Of a stretch of 64,000 nucleotides of DNA, positions 47,095-59,782 are shown one piece after another. The notes beneath the pieces were generated by a model, which was given only the letters and a program-made list of their open reading frames with translations, did no database searches and was not told the origin of the DNA. The stretch spans positions 7,480 through 71,479 of the forward strand of contig CAYOYY010000008.1 of assembly GCA_964408295.1 (NCBI GenBank), read 5' to 3'. The position numbers were made by a program, and so were the translations under genes. Origin of the DNA: an uncultured Desulfobacula sp. (GTDB taxonomy: Bacteria; Desulfobacterota; Desulfobacteria; Desulfobacterales; Desulfobacteraceae). The stretch's first letter is position 1. The number at the start of each line of letters is the position of its first letter.

Positions 47095-47660
47095 AACATG
47101 ATAATATTGACAGGGCAAAAAAAATCATCCGCAGGCTGATTGCAGGTTCCAGGGTGCCGGAAGATGCCCTTCATGCTGAAAATGTTCTTGAATGGGTATG
47201 CAGGCTTGCCGGCAGTCCTGATGAAGCCATGATGATAGCAGCCCTTGCCCATGACATTGAACGTGCAGATGAAAAAACGAAAATCAGGCGTTCTGATTTT
47301 GATGATTATGATGAGTTCAAGGCTGCCCATGCTGAAAACAGTGCCAGGATACTGGAAAAAATTCTTGGAAAATGCAGGGTGGAACCCGGGGTTGTCAGCA
47401 AGGCCTGTACCCTTGTCAGAATGCATGAAACAGGGGGCAGCCCTGAAGCTGATATACTTAAAAATGCAGACAGCATTTCTTTTTTTGAGGTCAATCTGCC
47501 ATATTATTTTAAAAGGGAAGGATATGACGAAACCCTTAAAAGATGCTTATGGGGATATGCCCGCCTGTCTTCTGACCTCAGGCGCCTTTTCGCTGATTTT
47601 TCCTATTCAGACCCGGCCCTTGACATGATCATTTCCTGTCTGAGAGGCCGGTCTGTTTAA
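47091..47660 (+). CDS. HD-superfamily metal-dependent phosphohydrolase (DUF4202-like)
   Basis: LHAENV, ALAHDIER, HAENSA, MHE and ADSISFF. ATGA overlap with the upstream stop. Confidence 0.75.
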   Translation: MKHDNIDRAKKIIRRLIAGSRVPEDALHAENVLEWVCRLAGSPDEAMMIAALAHDIERADEKTKIRRSDFDDYDEFKAAHAENSARILEKILGKCRVEPGVVSKACTLVRMHETGGSPEADILKNADSISFFEVNLPYYFKREGYDETLKRCLWGYARLSSDLRRLFADFSYSDPALDMIISCLRGRSV

Positions 47661-47743
47661 TTATCTTGCACAAACCCTGTTCTGATGATATTCATATAAT
47701 CTTTATAATTTAAGAATATTGTAAATAAAAAAATCAGGAATGT

Positions 47744-48475
47744 ATGAATTTTTTTAAAACATGTTTTGTTCTGCCTGTTCTGCTGCTGGCGCTTCTGTGT
47801 TCCGGGCCGGCAGGGTGCGGAAAAAATGAAAGAACTGCCCGTCCTGACTATGTACTGAAAACCAGGCTCATCATTGTTACTCCGCATGATTTTTCTGAAG
47901 AGCTTGATCTTAAAAAAGCAGGATATCCATATAATATTATAGAAGATCCAGAAGCCTATAATGAAATGGTCATGTCACTTGCTGATGATCTTTCCCAGGA
48001 GATTGTACTGCTGAGCGCAGCAATGGACAAGGGTATCACTGTTTCTGACCTTCAGCTTGAAGCTGCTGTCAAAAAATTCAGGCAGGATTATCCGGCAGAC
48101 AGTTTCAACCAGATTCTGCTGGAAAATGCAATCTCATATGATTTCTGGAAAAAAAGATTCAGAAAAGATATGATAATTGACAGACTCATTGATACGGACC
48201 TGAGAAAAAAAATAAATATTTCTTCGGATGATATTGTTGAATTCTATAAAAATCACATGACATCTTCTGCCCGTGAGTCAGGAAAACTTAACAGGCTTGA
48301 GCAGGAAAAACAGCTCGTGTCCCGCCTGAGGCAGAAAAAAGCCCAGGACCAGTATGAAACATGGCTGGCCGGGCTTGAAAAACAATATCCGGTTGAAATT
48401 GATATGAAACAATTAAAACATTTTTTGATGGGAATTAAAAAGCTTAAGGGAAATGAGAATGAAAAGGAAAATTAA
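47744..48475 (+). CDS. SurA N-terminal-domain lipoprotein (chaperone)
   Basis: Lipobox-like AGC, helical SurA_N pattern (KGITVSD, ISSDDIVEFY); adjacent to a PPIase. Confidence 0.75.
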   Translation: MNFFKTCFVLPVLLLALLCSGPAGCGKNERTARPDYVLKTRLIIVTPHDFSEELDLKKAGYPYNIIEDPEAYNEMVMSLADDLSQEIVLLSAAMDKGITVSDLQLEAAVKKFRQDYPADSFNQILLENAISYDFWKKRFRKDMIIDRLIDTDLRKKINISSDDIVEFYKNHMTSSARESGKLNRLEQEKQLVSRLRQKKAQDQYETWLAGLEKQYPVEIDMKQLKHFLMGIKKLKGNENEKEN

Positions 48476-49406
48476 CCTGTCTGTATTTGTGCTTGTGTTT
48501 TTGTGCTGTTGTCTGCCATGGGGGTCATGGGCCCATGCCGATGTGGTTGACAGGATTGTTGCAATTGTAAATGATGACATAATAACTCTTGTCCAGCTGA
48601 ACAGGGAAGCTGGCCCATATGTGAAGAACATTGAATCCTCATCCTATTCCGATGAAAAAAAGCAGCAGATGATAAAGGATCTTAAAAGAAAAATACTCAA
48701 TGCATTGATAGATCAGTCCCTGACCCATCAGGAAGCCGGAAGATACCATATCAATGTATCTGACAATGAAATTTCCAATGCAGTTGAAAATGTCAGAAAA
48801 AATAAGGGAATGTCAAAGGAAGAATTCAAGGCTGCCCTTGCAGCAGAGGGACTTACTCTTGATGAATACCGTGAAAATGTGAAAAAACAGATACTGCAGG
48901 CAAGGCTGATCAATTTTGCAGTAAAATCCAAGGTAGTTGTAACCGAATCTGATATAAAGGCATATTATGATGCTCATAAAGACAGATATGCCGGTGAGAA
49001 ACGCTATCATCTGAGAAACATACTTATGGATGATGAATCAAAGATCAGGGGAATAAAAAACAAGCTTGATCATGGTAAAAAATTTGCCACCCTTGCAAAA
49101 CGCTATTCAATGGCATCAAATGCCTCTGACGGCGGAGACCTTGGAATATTTGACATTGAAAATTTTTCAGAATCTGTCAAAAACAGTATTTCAAAGCTCA
49201 AAAAAGGTGAATATACACCTGTGATTTCAACGGACAGGGGATTTCAGATCTTTTATGTTGAAGATATTATTATCAAGGGCAGAAAAACATATAAGCAGGC
49301 CCATGATGAAATTCACGAGATACTCTACAGAAAGAAAGTGAAGGACAAGTTTGAAACCTGGCTTGAAGCCCTGAAAAAACGGGCTGCAATTAAAATAATG
49401 CTGTGA
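48453..49406 (+). CDS. surA: SurA-like chaperone / parvulin peptidyl-prolyl isomerase
   Basis: VVDRIVAIVNDDIIT and FATLAKRYS..ASDGGDLG. Confidence 0.85.
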   Translation: MRMKRKINLSVFVLVFLCCCLPWGSWAHADVVDRIVAIVNDDIITLVQLNREAGPYVKNIESSSYSDEKKQQMIKDLKRKILNALIDQSLTHQEAGRYHINVSDNEISNAVENVRKNKGMSKEEFKAALAAEGLTLDEYRENVKKQILQARLINFAVKSKVVVTESDIKAYYDAHKDRYAGEKRYHLRNILMDDESKIRGIKNKLDHGKKFATLAKRYSMASNASDGGDLGIFDIENFSESVKNSISKLKKGEYTPVISTDRGFQIFYVEDIIIKGRKTYKQAHDEIHEILYRKKVKDKFETWLEALKKRAAIKIML

Positions 49407-49424
49407 TTCTGTACTGGTGTTTTT

Positions 49425-50207
49425 ATGCCTGATCTGAGTACAGATGCCATTTTGCTGAAAAAAATTGAATATGGTGATCATGATCTGATCATAATTTTTT
49501 TTACGCAGGCAAGGGGAAAAATGTCTGTAATGGCGAAAAATGCCAAAAAAAGCGTTAAAAGATTTTCAGGCGCACTGGATCTTTTTTCCCTTGATCATAT
49601 TGATTTAAGGTTCCCGAAAAGAAAAGGGGGCAGCATGACCATACTCTGCCAGGCTGACCTTGAAAACGGTTTTGCAAATATACGCTATAATGTATTCAAG
49701 ACAGCCTATGCAAGCTTCTGGACAGAGCTTATAAATGCCTGGCTGGAGGAAGGAAAGGCTCAGCCTGCCCTTTATGACCTGCTTTTGTTTTCGCTTGGGG
49801 CCCTTGATACAGGGAGCATGGACCCAGAAGTGGTCAGCCTTTTGTTTCAGATCAGGTTCATGAGCATATCGGGATTTTCCCCATGCATTGACTGCTGCAA
49901 TGAATGCAGGACAGGAATTGACCATATTGACCAGAAAAAAATCCTGTTTGACCTGAAACAGGGACGTGTCATATGTGACAAATGCCTTGGCAATGCAGGG
50001 ACAGACGACGGGATCATGGTCTCAAAAGGCACCCTGAAACAGCTTTTCTGGCTCAACACAGCAGACGAGAGCAGAATGGACAGGATAAAGTTTTCAGGTT
50101 TTGCCATATCAGAGGGCCAGAGGCTGCTGGAGGCATTCATTCCCTTTCACATTGGAAAGGATTTTAAAAGCCTTAGATTTTTAAGGCAGTTGAGACGGGA
50201 AAAATGA
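49425..50207 (+). CDS. recO: DNA repair protein RecO
   Basis: AILLKKIEYGDHDLII, AKNAKKSVKRF, Cys zinc site; recO lies near glyQS as is common. Confidence 0.92.
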   Translation: MPDLSTDAILLKKIEYGDHDLIIIFFTQARGKMSVMAKNAKKSVKRFSGALDLFSLDHIDLRFPKRKGGSMTILCQADLENGFANIRYNVFKTAYASFWTELINAWLEEGKAQPALYDLLLFSLGALDTGSMDPEVVSLLFQIRFMSISGFSPCIDCCNECRTGIDHIDQKKILFDLKQGRVICDKCLGNAGTDDGIMVSKGTLKQLFWLNTADESRMDRIKFSGFAISEGQRLLEAFIPFHIGKDFKSLRFLRQLRREK

Positions 50208-51244
50208 ATTTTGAAAAAATACTTGATTCAGGACAAATCTGTGTTTCCGTGCCCTGCCGGGTGGATCTTGGCGGAACCCTTGATATCATAAGCTTTTATC
50301 TGCCCCTTAATGGTGTTTCACCCTCAAGTTTCAATATTGCCCTTGATGCAAGAACAATTGTGAAACTGTACCCATGGGATAAAGATTATGTCAAAGTGTC
50401 ATCAAAGGGTTTTAAAAGCGCTGTTTTCAGGAAAAACATGGCTGATTTTACCCATCCTCTCGGGCTTATGTTTGCTGTTGCCTCCTATTTCAATGCCCAC
50501 GGGGTTCATATTGAAATTGAATCTTCATCTCCGCCCAGAAGCGCTCTTGGCGGATCATCTTCTGCTGCTGTGGGCCTTGTGTCAGCATTTTTTCATGCCC
50601 TTGGACAAAGGCCTGGCAGGGAACAGGCTGCCTGGCTTGCCCATTATATTGAGGCAAGTGTTGCAGGTGTGCCGTGCGGCATGCAGGATCAGCTTGCAGC
50701 CGCCTTTGGCGGGGTGAATCAGTGGATCTGGAAAATGGGGATAAAAAGCCCTGAATTTGAGCGCAGGCCTGTTTTTGAAACTGATGATATGACAGATGCC
50801 TTTAATTCCAACATTCTTGTTGCCTATTGCGGAATTCCCCATGTATCAAAGGATATTAACTCCCAATGGGTTCACTCGTTTACAAGGGGAAAGACAAGGC
50901 CTGAATTCAGAAAAATTGCAGAAATCACCCATGAATTTTCACAGGCGGTAAGATCCTGTGATTTCAGGCTGGCTGCAGATCTCATGAATATCGAAACCCG
51001 TATCAGGCTTGAAATGACTCCTGATGTGCTTGACAATACAGGGAAAAAGTTGTTTGAAATGGCAGTTGAATGTGGCTGCGGGGCAAGATTTACAGGAGCA
51101 GGCGGGGGAGGATGCCTCTGGGCCGTGGGTGAAGACAGCAGTATCAGGAATCTCAAACCATGCTGGCAGAAAATTCTGGCACAGGTTGAGCACGGAAAAA
51201 TCCTTGATACAAAGATTGATCATAAAGGTATAATTATAAACTAA
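50204..51244 (+). CDS. GHMP-family sugar kinase (HddA/galactokinase-like), substrate unknown
   Basis: PCRVDLGGTLD, PPRSALGGSSS, GMQDQLAAAFGG and TGAGGGGC. Confidence 0.85.
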   Translation: MNFEKILDSGQICVSVPCRVDLGGTLDIISFYLPLNGVSPSSFNIALDARTIVKLYPWDKDYVKVSSKGFKSAVFRKNMADFTHPLGLMFAVASYFNAHGVHIEIESSSPPRSALGGSSSAAVGLVSAFFHALGQRPGREQAAWLAHYIEASVAGVPCGMQDQLAAAFGGVNQWIWKMGIKSPEFERRPVFETDDMTDAFNSNILVAYCGIPHVSKDINSQWVHSFTRGKTRPEFRKIAEITHEFSQAVRSCDFRLAADLMNIETRIRLEMTPDVLDNTGKKLFEMAVECGCGARFTGAGGGGCLWAVGEDSSIRNLKPCWQKILAQVEHGKILDTKIDHKGIIIN

Positions 51245-51276
51245 CCCTAATTTTATAGTTTGAAAAATGGAGTAAA

Positions 51277-52158
51277 ATGAATTTTCAAGATGTAATTTTA
51301 AACCTGAACAAATTCTGGGCTCAGCAGGATTGTGTTCTTATCCAGTCCTATGACATGGAAGTGGGCGCAGGCACCTTTCATCCTGCAACCCTTTTAAAGG
51401 CCCTTGGGCCCGAACCCTGGCGTGTCGCCTATGTACAGCCTTCAAGACGCCCCACAGACGGCCGTTATGGTGAAAACCCCAACAGGCTCCAGCATTATTA
51501 CCAGTACCAGGTGATTTTAAAGCCGTCTCCGCCGGATGTGCAGCAGCTTTATCTGGATTCCATGAAGGTTCTCGGGGTTGACCCCCTTGAGCATGATATC
51601 CGTTTTGTGGAAGATGACTGGGAATCTCCGACACTCGGAGCATCAGGCCTTGGATGGGAAGTATGGCTGGACGGTATGGAGGTCACACAGTTTACATATT
51701 TTCAGATGGCAGGAAGCATTGAGGTAAAACCCGTGCCTGTTGAACTTACCTATGGGCTTGAGCGCATCTGCATGTATCTTCAGGGTGTTGACAATGTGTT
51801 TGACTTAAAGTGGAATGATACCATCACATACAGGGATGTTTATCACAGACAGGAAGTGGAGCAGTCCACATATAATTTTGAAATTGCAGATGTTGATCTT
51901 CTGTTTGAGCTTTTCAACAGATATGAGGCAGAGGCCTACCGCATAATTGAAAGGGGCCTTGCCATTCCTGCGTATGAATACGGGCTCAAATGCTCCCATA
52001 CCTTTAACCTGCTGGATGCCAGAGGAGCCATAAGTGTGACCCAGAGAACCGGATATATCAAGCGTATAAGGGATATTGCAAGGGCATGCGCAAAAACCTA
52101 TGTGCGCCAGAGGGAAGAAATGGGCCATCCACTGCTGAAAAAGGGAGGGAATGACTAA
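51277..52158 (+). CDS. glyQ: glycine--tRNA ligase alpha subunit
   Basis: [31 protein letters not shown] and ELTYGLER. Confidence 0.98.
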   Translation: MNFQDVILNLNKFWAQQDCVLIQSYDMEVGAGTFHPATLLKALGPEPWRVAYVQPSRRPTDGRYGENPNRLQHYYQYQVILKPSPPDVQQLYLDSMKVLGVDPLEHDIRFVEDDWESPTLGASGLGWEVWLDGMEVTQFTYFQMAGSIEVKPVPVELTYGLERICMYLQGVDNVFDLKWNDTITYRDVYHRQEVEQSTYNFEIADVDLLFELFNRYEAEAYRIIERGLAIPAYEYGLKCSHTFNLLDARGAISVTQRTGYIKRIRDIARACAKTYVRQREEMGHPLLKKGGND

Positions 52159-54235
52159 GATGAATACTTTGCTCATAGAAATCGGTACCGAGGAAATACC
52201 GGCAGGTTATATTATTCCAGCTCTTGAGGCATTTAAGGAAAATATTCTGGCCGTTCTTGACAGGTCAAGAATTGCCCACGGCAGTGCAAGGACAGCAGGC
52301 ACTCCGCGCAGGCTGGTGCTCATGATTGAAGACATAGCTGAAATGCAGGAAAAAACAACTTCCGTTCTTACAGGGCCTCCTGAACGTGTGGGGTTTGATG
52401 AAAACGGCAATCCCACCCTTGCTGCAGAGAAATTTGCACAAAAGGCAGGCATAGGTGTTGATCAGATAAGGGTTGAACAAACAAGCAAAGGCCGTTATCT
52501 CACTGCCGTGATTGAGGAAAAATGTGAATCTGCTGTTTCCATACTTGAAAGAGCACTTGAAAAACAGATCCTTGCCATTCCCTTTCCAAAAAGCATGCGC
52601 TGGGGAGACCTTTCCATCAGTTTTGCAAGGCCTGTCATTTCCCTTATGGGGCTTGTGGGAGACAGAATACTGTCCTTCAAGCTTGGAAATATCAAATCAT
52701 CTTCATATATTTTCGGCCATCAGTTCATGCATCCGGGCAAGCATCCTGTGAAAACAGCAGATGAATATGAAAACATTGCTGAATCCCTTGGTATCATCCC
52801 TGATATTGAAAAAAGAAAAACCATGCTTGTAAACGCTGTTGAAAAGTGTGCAAAACAGCATAACGCCCGTATTCTTGAAGATCAGGAACTTGTGGATACT
52901 GTGACCAATCTTGTTGAATATCCCTTTCCTGTTGTGGGAAAATTTGATGAGCAGTTCCTTGAAGTGCCTGATGAAGTTCTCATAACTGCAATGCGTGAAC
53001 ATCAGAAATATTTTGCCTTAACCGATGAGAACGGCAGCCTGAAGCCTTTGTTTATAGCAGTGAACAATACAAGGGCAAAGGACATGTCTCTTGTTGCGGC
53101 AGGCCATGAAAGGGTTCTGCGGGCACGCCTGTCTGATGCAAAATTCTTTTATGAGGCTGATATTGCCTCTTCCCTTGATGAATTTGCCTTAAAGCTTAAA
53201 AATGTGACTTTCCAGGAAAAGCTTGGAAGCGTCTATGATAAAACCGTAAGAACAGGAACCCTGGTTGAATATCTGGCACAGGTATCCGGCCATGAGGACA
53301 GGCAGGCACTTGTGGAAAAACTTAAAAGAGCTGCTGCAATATGCAAGGCTGACCTTGTAAGTCAGGTTGTGATCGAGTTTACAAAGCTTCAGGGCATCAT
53401 GGGAAGGGTCTATGCATTAAAGGCAGGAGAAGACCCTGAAGTTGCCCTTGCTGTTGAACAGCATTACAGGCCGGTTCACTCAGGAGGAAAACTGCCTGAA
53501 AATCAGGTTGCATGTCTTCTTGCAATTGCAGACAAGATGGACACGATCTGCGGGTGTTTCTCCGTGGGCCTGATTCCCACAGGAGGTGCAGACCCCTATG
53601 CTCTGCGCCGTCTTGGAATCGGAATCATTCAGATAATGCTTAAGGAAAATTATGAATTCTCCCTCGGAGCACTGGTTGACAGGGCTCTTGATCCTTTTGC
53701 CGGCAATATGGAAGACAAAGGTAAGATCGCAGGGCTTGTGCTGGATTTTCTGAAAAGCAGAATGGTCAGTATTTTCACGGAAAAAGGATTTTCAAAGGAA
53801 GCTGTAACCTCGGCCATGCAGGCATCCTTTGATAATCTTCCTGATGTGGCATTACGCATAAAAGCCCTTGACACACTGAGAAAGGAACCTGATTTTGAAC
53901 CCCTTGCCGTTACATTCAAGCGTGTGGAAAATATAATACGCAAAGCCGGGCCAGTGTCGCTTCCGGATATTGATGAATCGCTGTTTGAGGATGATTCTGA
54001 GAAACTGATGCATGAAGCAGCACAGAAAACCACAGACCTTGTTGCAGGCCTGACCGCACAGGGCGATTATGACGGGGCCCTGCAGAAGATTGCCGGGCTT
54101 AAGCCTGTGGTTGACGCATTTTTTGACAATGTAATGGTCATGGCAGAGGATGAAAAGATCAGGCTGAACAGAATTGGCCTTTTGTCGGCAGTCTCAGGGC
54201 TTTTCAGCAATATTGCCGATTTCTCACGGCTGTGA
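52151..54235 (+). CDS. glyS: glycine--tRNA ligase beta subunit
   Basis: [33 protein letters not shown] and DPYALRR. Confidence 0.97.
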   Translation: MTKMNTLLIEIGTEEIPAGYIIPALEAFKENILAVLDRSRIAHGSARTAGTPRRLVLMIEDIAEMQEKTTSVLTGPPERVGFDENGNPTLAAEKFAQKAGIGVDQIRVEQTSKGRYLTAVIEEKCESAVSILERALEKQILAIPFPKSMRWGDLSISFARPVISLMGLVGDRILSFKLGNIKSSSYIFGHQFMHPGKHPVKTADEYENIAESLGIIPDIEKRKTMLVNAVEKCAKQHNARILEDQELVDTVTNLVEYPFPVVGKFDEQFLEVPDEVLITAMREHQKYFALTDENGSLKPLFIAVNNTRAKDMSLVAAGHERVLRARLSDAKFFYEADIASSLDEFALKLKNVTFQEKLGSVYDKTVRTGTLVEYLAQVSGHEDRQALVEKLKRAAAICKADLVSQVVIEFTKLQGIMGRVYALKAGEDPEVALAVEQHYRPVHSGGKLPENQVACLLAIADKMDTICGCFSVGLIPTGGADPYALRRLGIGIIQIMLKENYEFSLGALVDRALDPFAGNMEDKGKIAGLVLDFLKSRMVSIFTEKGFSKEAVTSAMQASFDNLPDVALRIKALDTLRKEPDFEPLAVTFKRVENIIRKAGPVSLPDIDESLFEDDSEKLMHEAAQKTTDLVAGLTAQGDYDGALQKIAGLKPVVDAFFDNVMVMAEDEKIRLNRIGLLSAVSGLFSNIADFSRL

Positions 54236-54263
54236 AGTAAATATAAGTGTGAAGTGAATATAA
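54231..54263. repeat. short tandem direct repeat (16-bp unit, 17-bp period)
   Basis: TGTGAAGTAAATATAA-G-TGTGAAGTGAATATAA, 15 of 16 positions identical. Confidence 0.7.
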
Positions 54264-54515
54264 ACTGAATCTGGAAAGGAAAATATAATATGGCAGGATA
54301 TGATCCTGAAAAGGACAAGAAACTCAAGGAATGGAAAAATGAAGACACAGGGCTTCTGATCTCGATTCATCAGTACGGGGACGGGGAGCCAAAAGTCCAG
54401 ATAGGGCCCAGAATTCTGAAGAAAAAGGATGGAACAGACCGGGCTCCCTCAAAGGCGGGCCGGCTTTCCATTGAAGATATTATGTGGCTTTATGATATCA
54501 TTGACGAGGTAAAGG

Positions 54516-57303
<2,788 letters not shown>

Positions 57304-57315
57304 TAGAGTTTCAAA

Positions 57316-57939
57316 ATGATTGATCCGGCCATACTTTTGATTTTCATACCCACTTTTTTTGTTGTTTCGGCAACTCCAGGCCTGTGCATGACCCTTGCCC
57401 TGACCATGGGAATGAGCATAGGAGTTAAAAAGACATTTTACATGATGTATGGAGAACTTGCAGGAGTGGCTCTTGTATCAATTGCAGCCGTAACCGGGGT
57501 TGCAGCCCTTATGCTGAATTATCCCCATGTGTTTGTTGTGCTGAAGTATGCAGGGGGCCTGTATCTTGTATATCTTGGAATCGGAATGATAAGGGCCAGG
57601 GGTAGAATGGCATTTGATCCGGACAGGCTTCAGCAGTTTGATGTTTCGGCAAAAAAACTTATGATCCAGGGTTTTGTAACAGCCATTGCAAACCCAAAGG
57701 GCTGGGCTTTCATGATTTCGCTTCTGCCTCCGTTTATCCAGCCTTCAAAACCGTTTCTGGGGCAGACACTGATACTTGTTGCAATTATTATCATTACAGA
57801 ATTTATATGTCTTGTACTGTATTCAAGCGGAGGAAGGTCTTTGAGAGGTTTTCTTGAAAAGAGCGGTAACGTGCGCATCCTGAACCGTATTTCAGGTATG
57901 GCAATGATCGGGGTCGGCGTCTGGCTCGGCCTGGACTGA
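57316..57939 (+). CDS. LysE/RhtB family translocator
   Basis: SATPG, LKYAGGLYLVYLG and GFVTAIANPK. Confidence 0.9.
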   Translation: MIDPAILLIFIPTFFVVSATPGLCMTLALTMGMSIGVKKTFYMMYGELAGVALVSIAAVTGVAALMLNYPHVFVVLKYAGGLYLVYLGIGMIRARGRMAFDPDRLQQFDVSAKKLMIQGFVTAIANPKGWAFMISLLPPFIQPSKPFLGQTLILVAIIIITEFICLVLYSSGGRSLRGFLEKSGNVRILNRISGMAMIGVGVWLGLD

Positions 57940-57957
57940 TTATCAGGAGCAGATGAT

Positions 57958-58443
57958 ATGGAAAATACCGGATGGGAAAAGATTGATCATGTCGGTCAGG
58001 GCTGTTTTGGATGCGGCCCTGACAATCCACACGGGCTTCGCATGAGTTTTGAAACCAATGGCGAAAAATTAAGATCGCTTGTTGTGATTCCTGATCATTT
58101 AAGGGGATGGCACAATATTGTCCATGGAGGAATTTTATCCACAATCTGCGATGAAATCATGGCATGGTCTGCAATTCATTTTTTAAGGCGTTTTATTCTT
58201 ACAAAAACCATTAAAACCAGGTTTTTAAAACCTGTGACAACGAAATCCACAATTACGGCAATTGGGTATGTAAAAGAATATAAGGGCAGAAACAGCGCAC
58301 TCATGGCCGGTGAAATATATGATGAAGATAAAAAATTATGTGCAGTCAGCACAGGAGAATTTGCCCTTTTTACTTCTGAAGCTTTCAGGAAACTGAAAAT
58401 AATACCAGATGAGATTGTGGATGAAATGGCTGCCATGCTCTGA
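57958..58443 (+). CDS. PaaI family hot-dog thioesterase
   Basis: CFGCGPDNPHGL and GWHNIVHGGILSTICDE. Confidence 0.88.
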   Translation: MENTGWEKIDHVGQGCFGCGPDNPHGLRMSFETNGEKLRSLVVIPDHLRGWHNIVHGGILSTICDEIMAWSAIHFLRRFILTKTIKTRFLKPVTTKSTITAIGYVKEYKGRNSALMAGEIYDEDKKLCAVSTGEFALFTSEAFRKLKIIPDEIVDEMAAML

Positions 58444-58474
58444 TTTGCCAGCCTGAATCTGTTCAGACAGGAGA

Positions 58475-59782
58475 ATGACAATGGATAATCTTTCTTTGAA
58501 ACTTTTGTGCGACAGCACTTATCTGCCTGTTGTCCTAAGCTTTGCAGAAAAGGCTTGTGAAGCATTTGGCCTGGGCAGAAAGGAGATTTTTGCTGTACGG
58601 CTTTCAGCAGAAGAAATATTCACATATCTGTGCAGGACGATCCGAAAAAAAAATGTGGAAATAATCTGTAAAAACTGTGGATACTGCATTGAGCTTACAT
58701 TTCTGTTCAAAGGAGAGATTTCCCTTAAGGTGTTTAACCTGACCTCAAGTGTTTCTCCTGACAGAAAAACAGACCTGGATGAGATGGGGCTCCTGATAGT
58801 TTCAAGGCTGGTGGACAGTTTTAAAATTCTGAAAAATCAGGACGGAACCATGTCTCTGGTGCTTGTAAAGGACAGGATATACCCTGAATCCGGCAGCGAC
58901 CTGGAAAAAGTCTGTTTTGAAAAATCAGATTCATTCTCCATAAGGAAGCCCAATAATGAGGAAATAAAGATCTTTGCCTCGTCAGCGTGCTGTATGTATA
59001 ATGATACAGGAGTACCTGATTTTTTCAGATTTCCGGGCAAACTTGTGGATATGGTTCAATATGCAGATTACAGTGCTCTTGTTGCAGCGGATGAAAAAAA
59101 CCAGATAATCGGCGGAATCCTGTGGCACTGGTCCAGCAGGAAATTAATAGAGTTTTCAGGCCCTTTTGTTTTCAAAAAAGATTTTGATGAATCTGTGGAC
59201 GAACAACTGGTTATAAGTTTTCTTGAAGCTGTGGGCAAATCCGATGCAATTGGAGTATATTCACGGCTGTGGCCGGAAACCTTGTCTTCTGAATATTTTG
59301 AAATCATAGGAGAACTGCCTGTTTATGATGATGAAAGTTCAAAAAAAACAATTCCGGTCTGTTTCAGGCAGTTAAAAGAAGATACCGGGGCAGTTTCCTG
59401 GGCCTTTCCGTCATTGAAACAGTTTCTGGAAAAAATTTATCACAAGCTTTTTCTGCCGAGAAAAATTGAAACTGTTTCAGACATGGGGGAAACAATGCCC
59501 GAGAATTCTGTGCTGTCTGTTGATTTCAGCAGGTTCCAGCAGGCAGCTACCCTTAAGATCATTATGCCGGGAAAAGATATTGACCAGAATATTGCGGACC
59601 ATATCAAGCTTATAACAAAAGAATCTTATGGCAATGTTTTTTTTGAGCTTGATCTTGGTATTCCTGAACATGCATATTCTGTAGATGCATTGATAAAAAA
59701 CAGGTTTATGCCTGCTCTGCTTGTGCCCTGCGCCGGAACAGGAGATATAGCTGTTTTTGTCCGGAGGCCGGATGAGCATTGA
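58475..59782 (+). CDS. hypothetical protein with N-terminal RsbW/HATPase-like domain and possible GNAT-like C-terminal region
   Basis: VRLSAEEIF..EMGLLIVSRLVD resembles anti-sigma kinase folds. The C-terminal assignment is tentative. Confidence 0.55.
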   Translation: MTMDNLSLKLLCDSTYLPVVLSFAEKACEAFGLGRKEIFAVRLSAEEIFTYLCRTIRKKNVEIICKNCGYCIELTFLFKGEISLKVFNLTSSVSPDRKTDLDEMGLLIVSRLVDSFKILKNQDGTMSLVLVKDRIYPESGSDLEKVCFEKSDSFSIRKPNNEEIKIFASSACCMYNDTGVPDFFRFPGKLVDMVQYADYSALVAADEKNQIIGGILWHWSSRKLIEFSGPFVFKKDFDESVDEQLVISFLEAVGKSDAIGVYSRLWPETLSSEYFEIIGELPVYDDESSKKTIPVCFRQLKEDTGAVSWAFPSLKQFLEKIYHKLFLPRKIETVSDMGETMPENSVLSVDFSRFQQAATLKIIMPGKDIDQNIADHIKLITKESYGNVFFELDLGIPEHAYSVDALIKNRFMPALLVPCAGTGDIAVFVRRPDEH

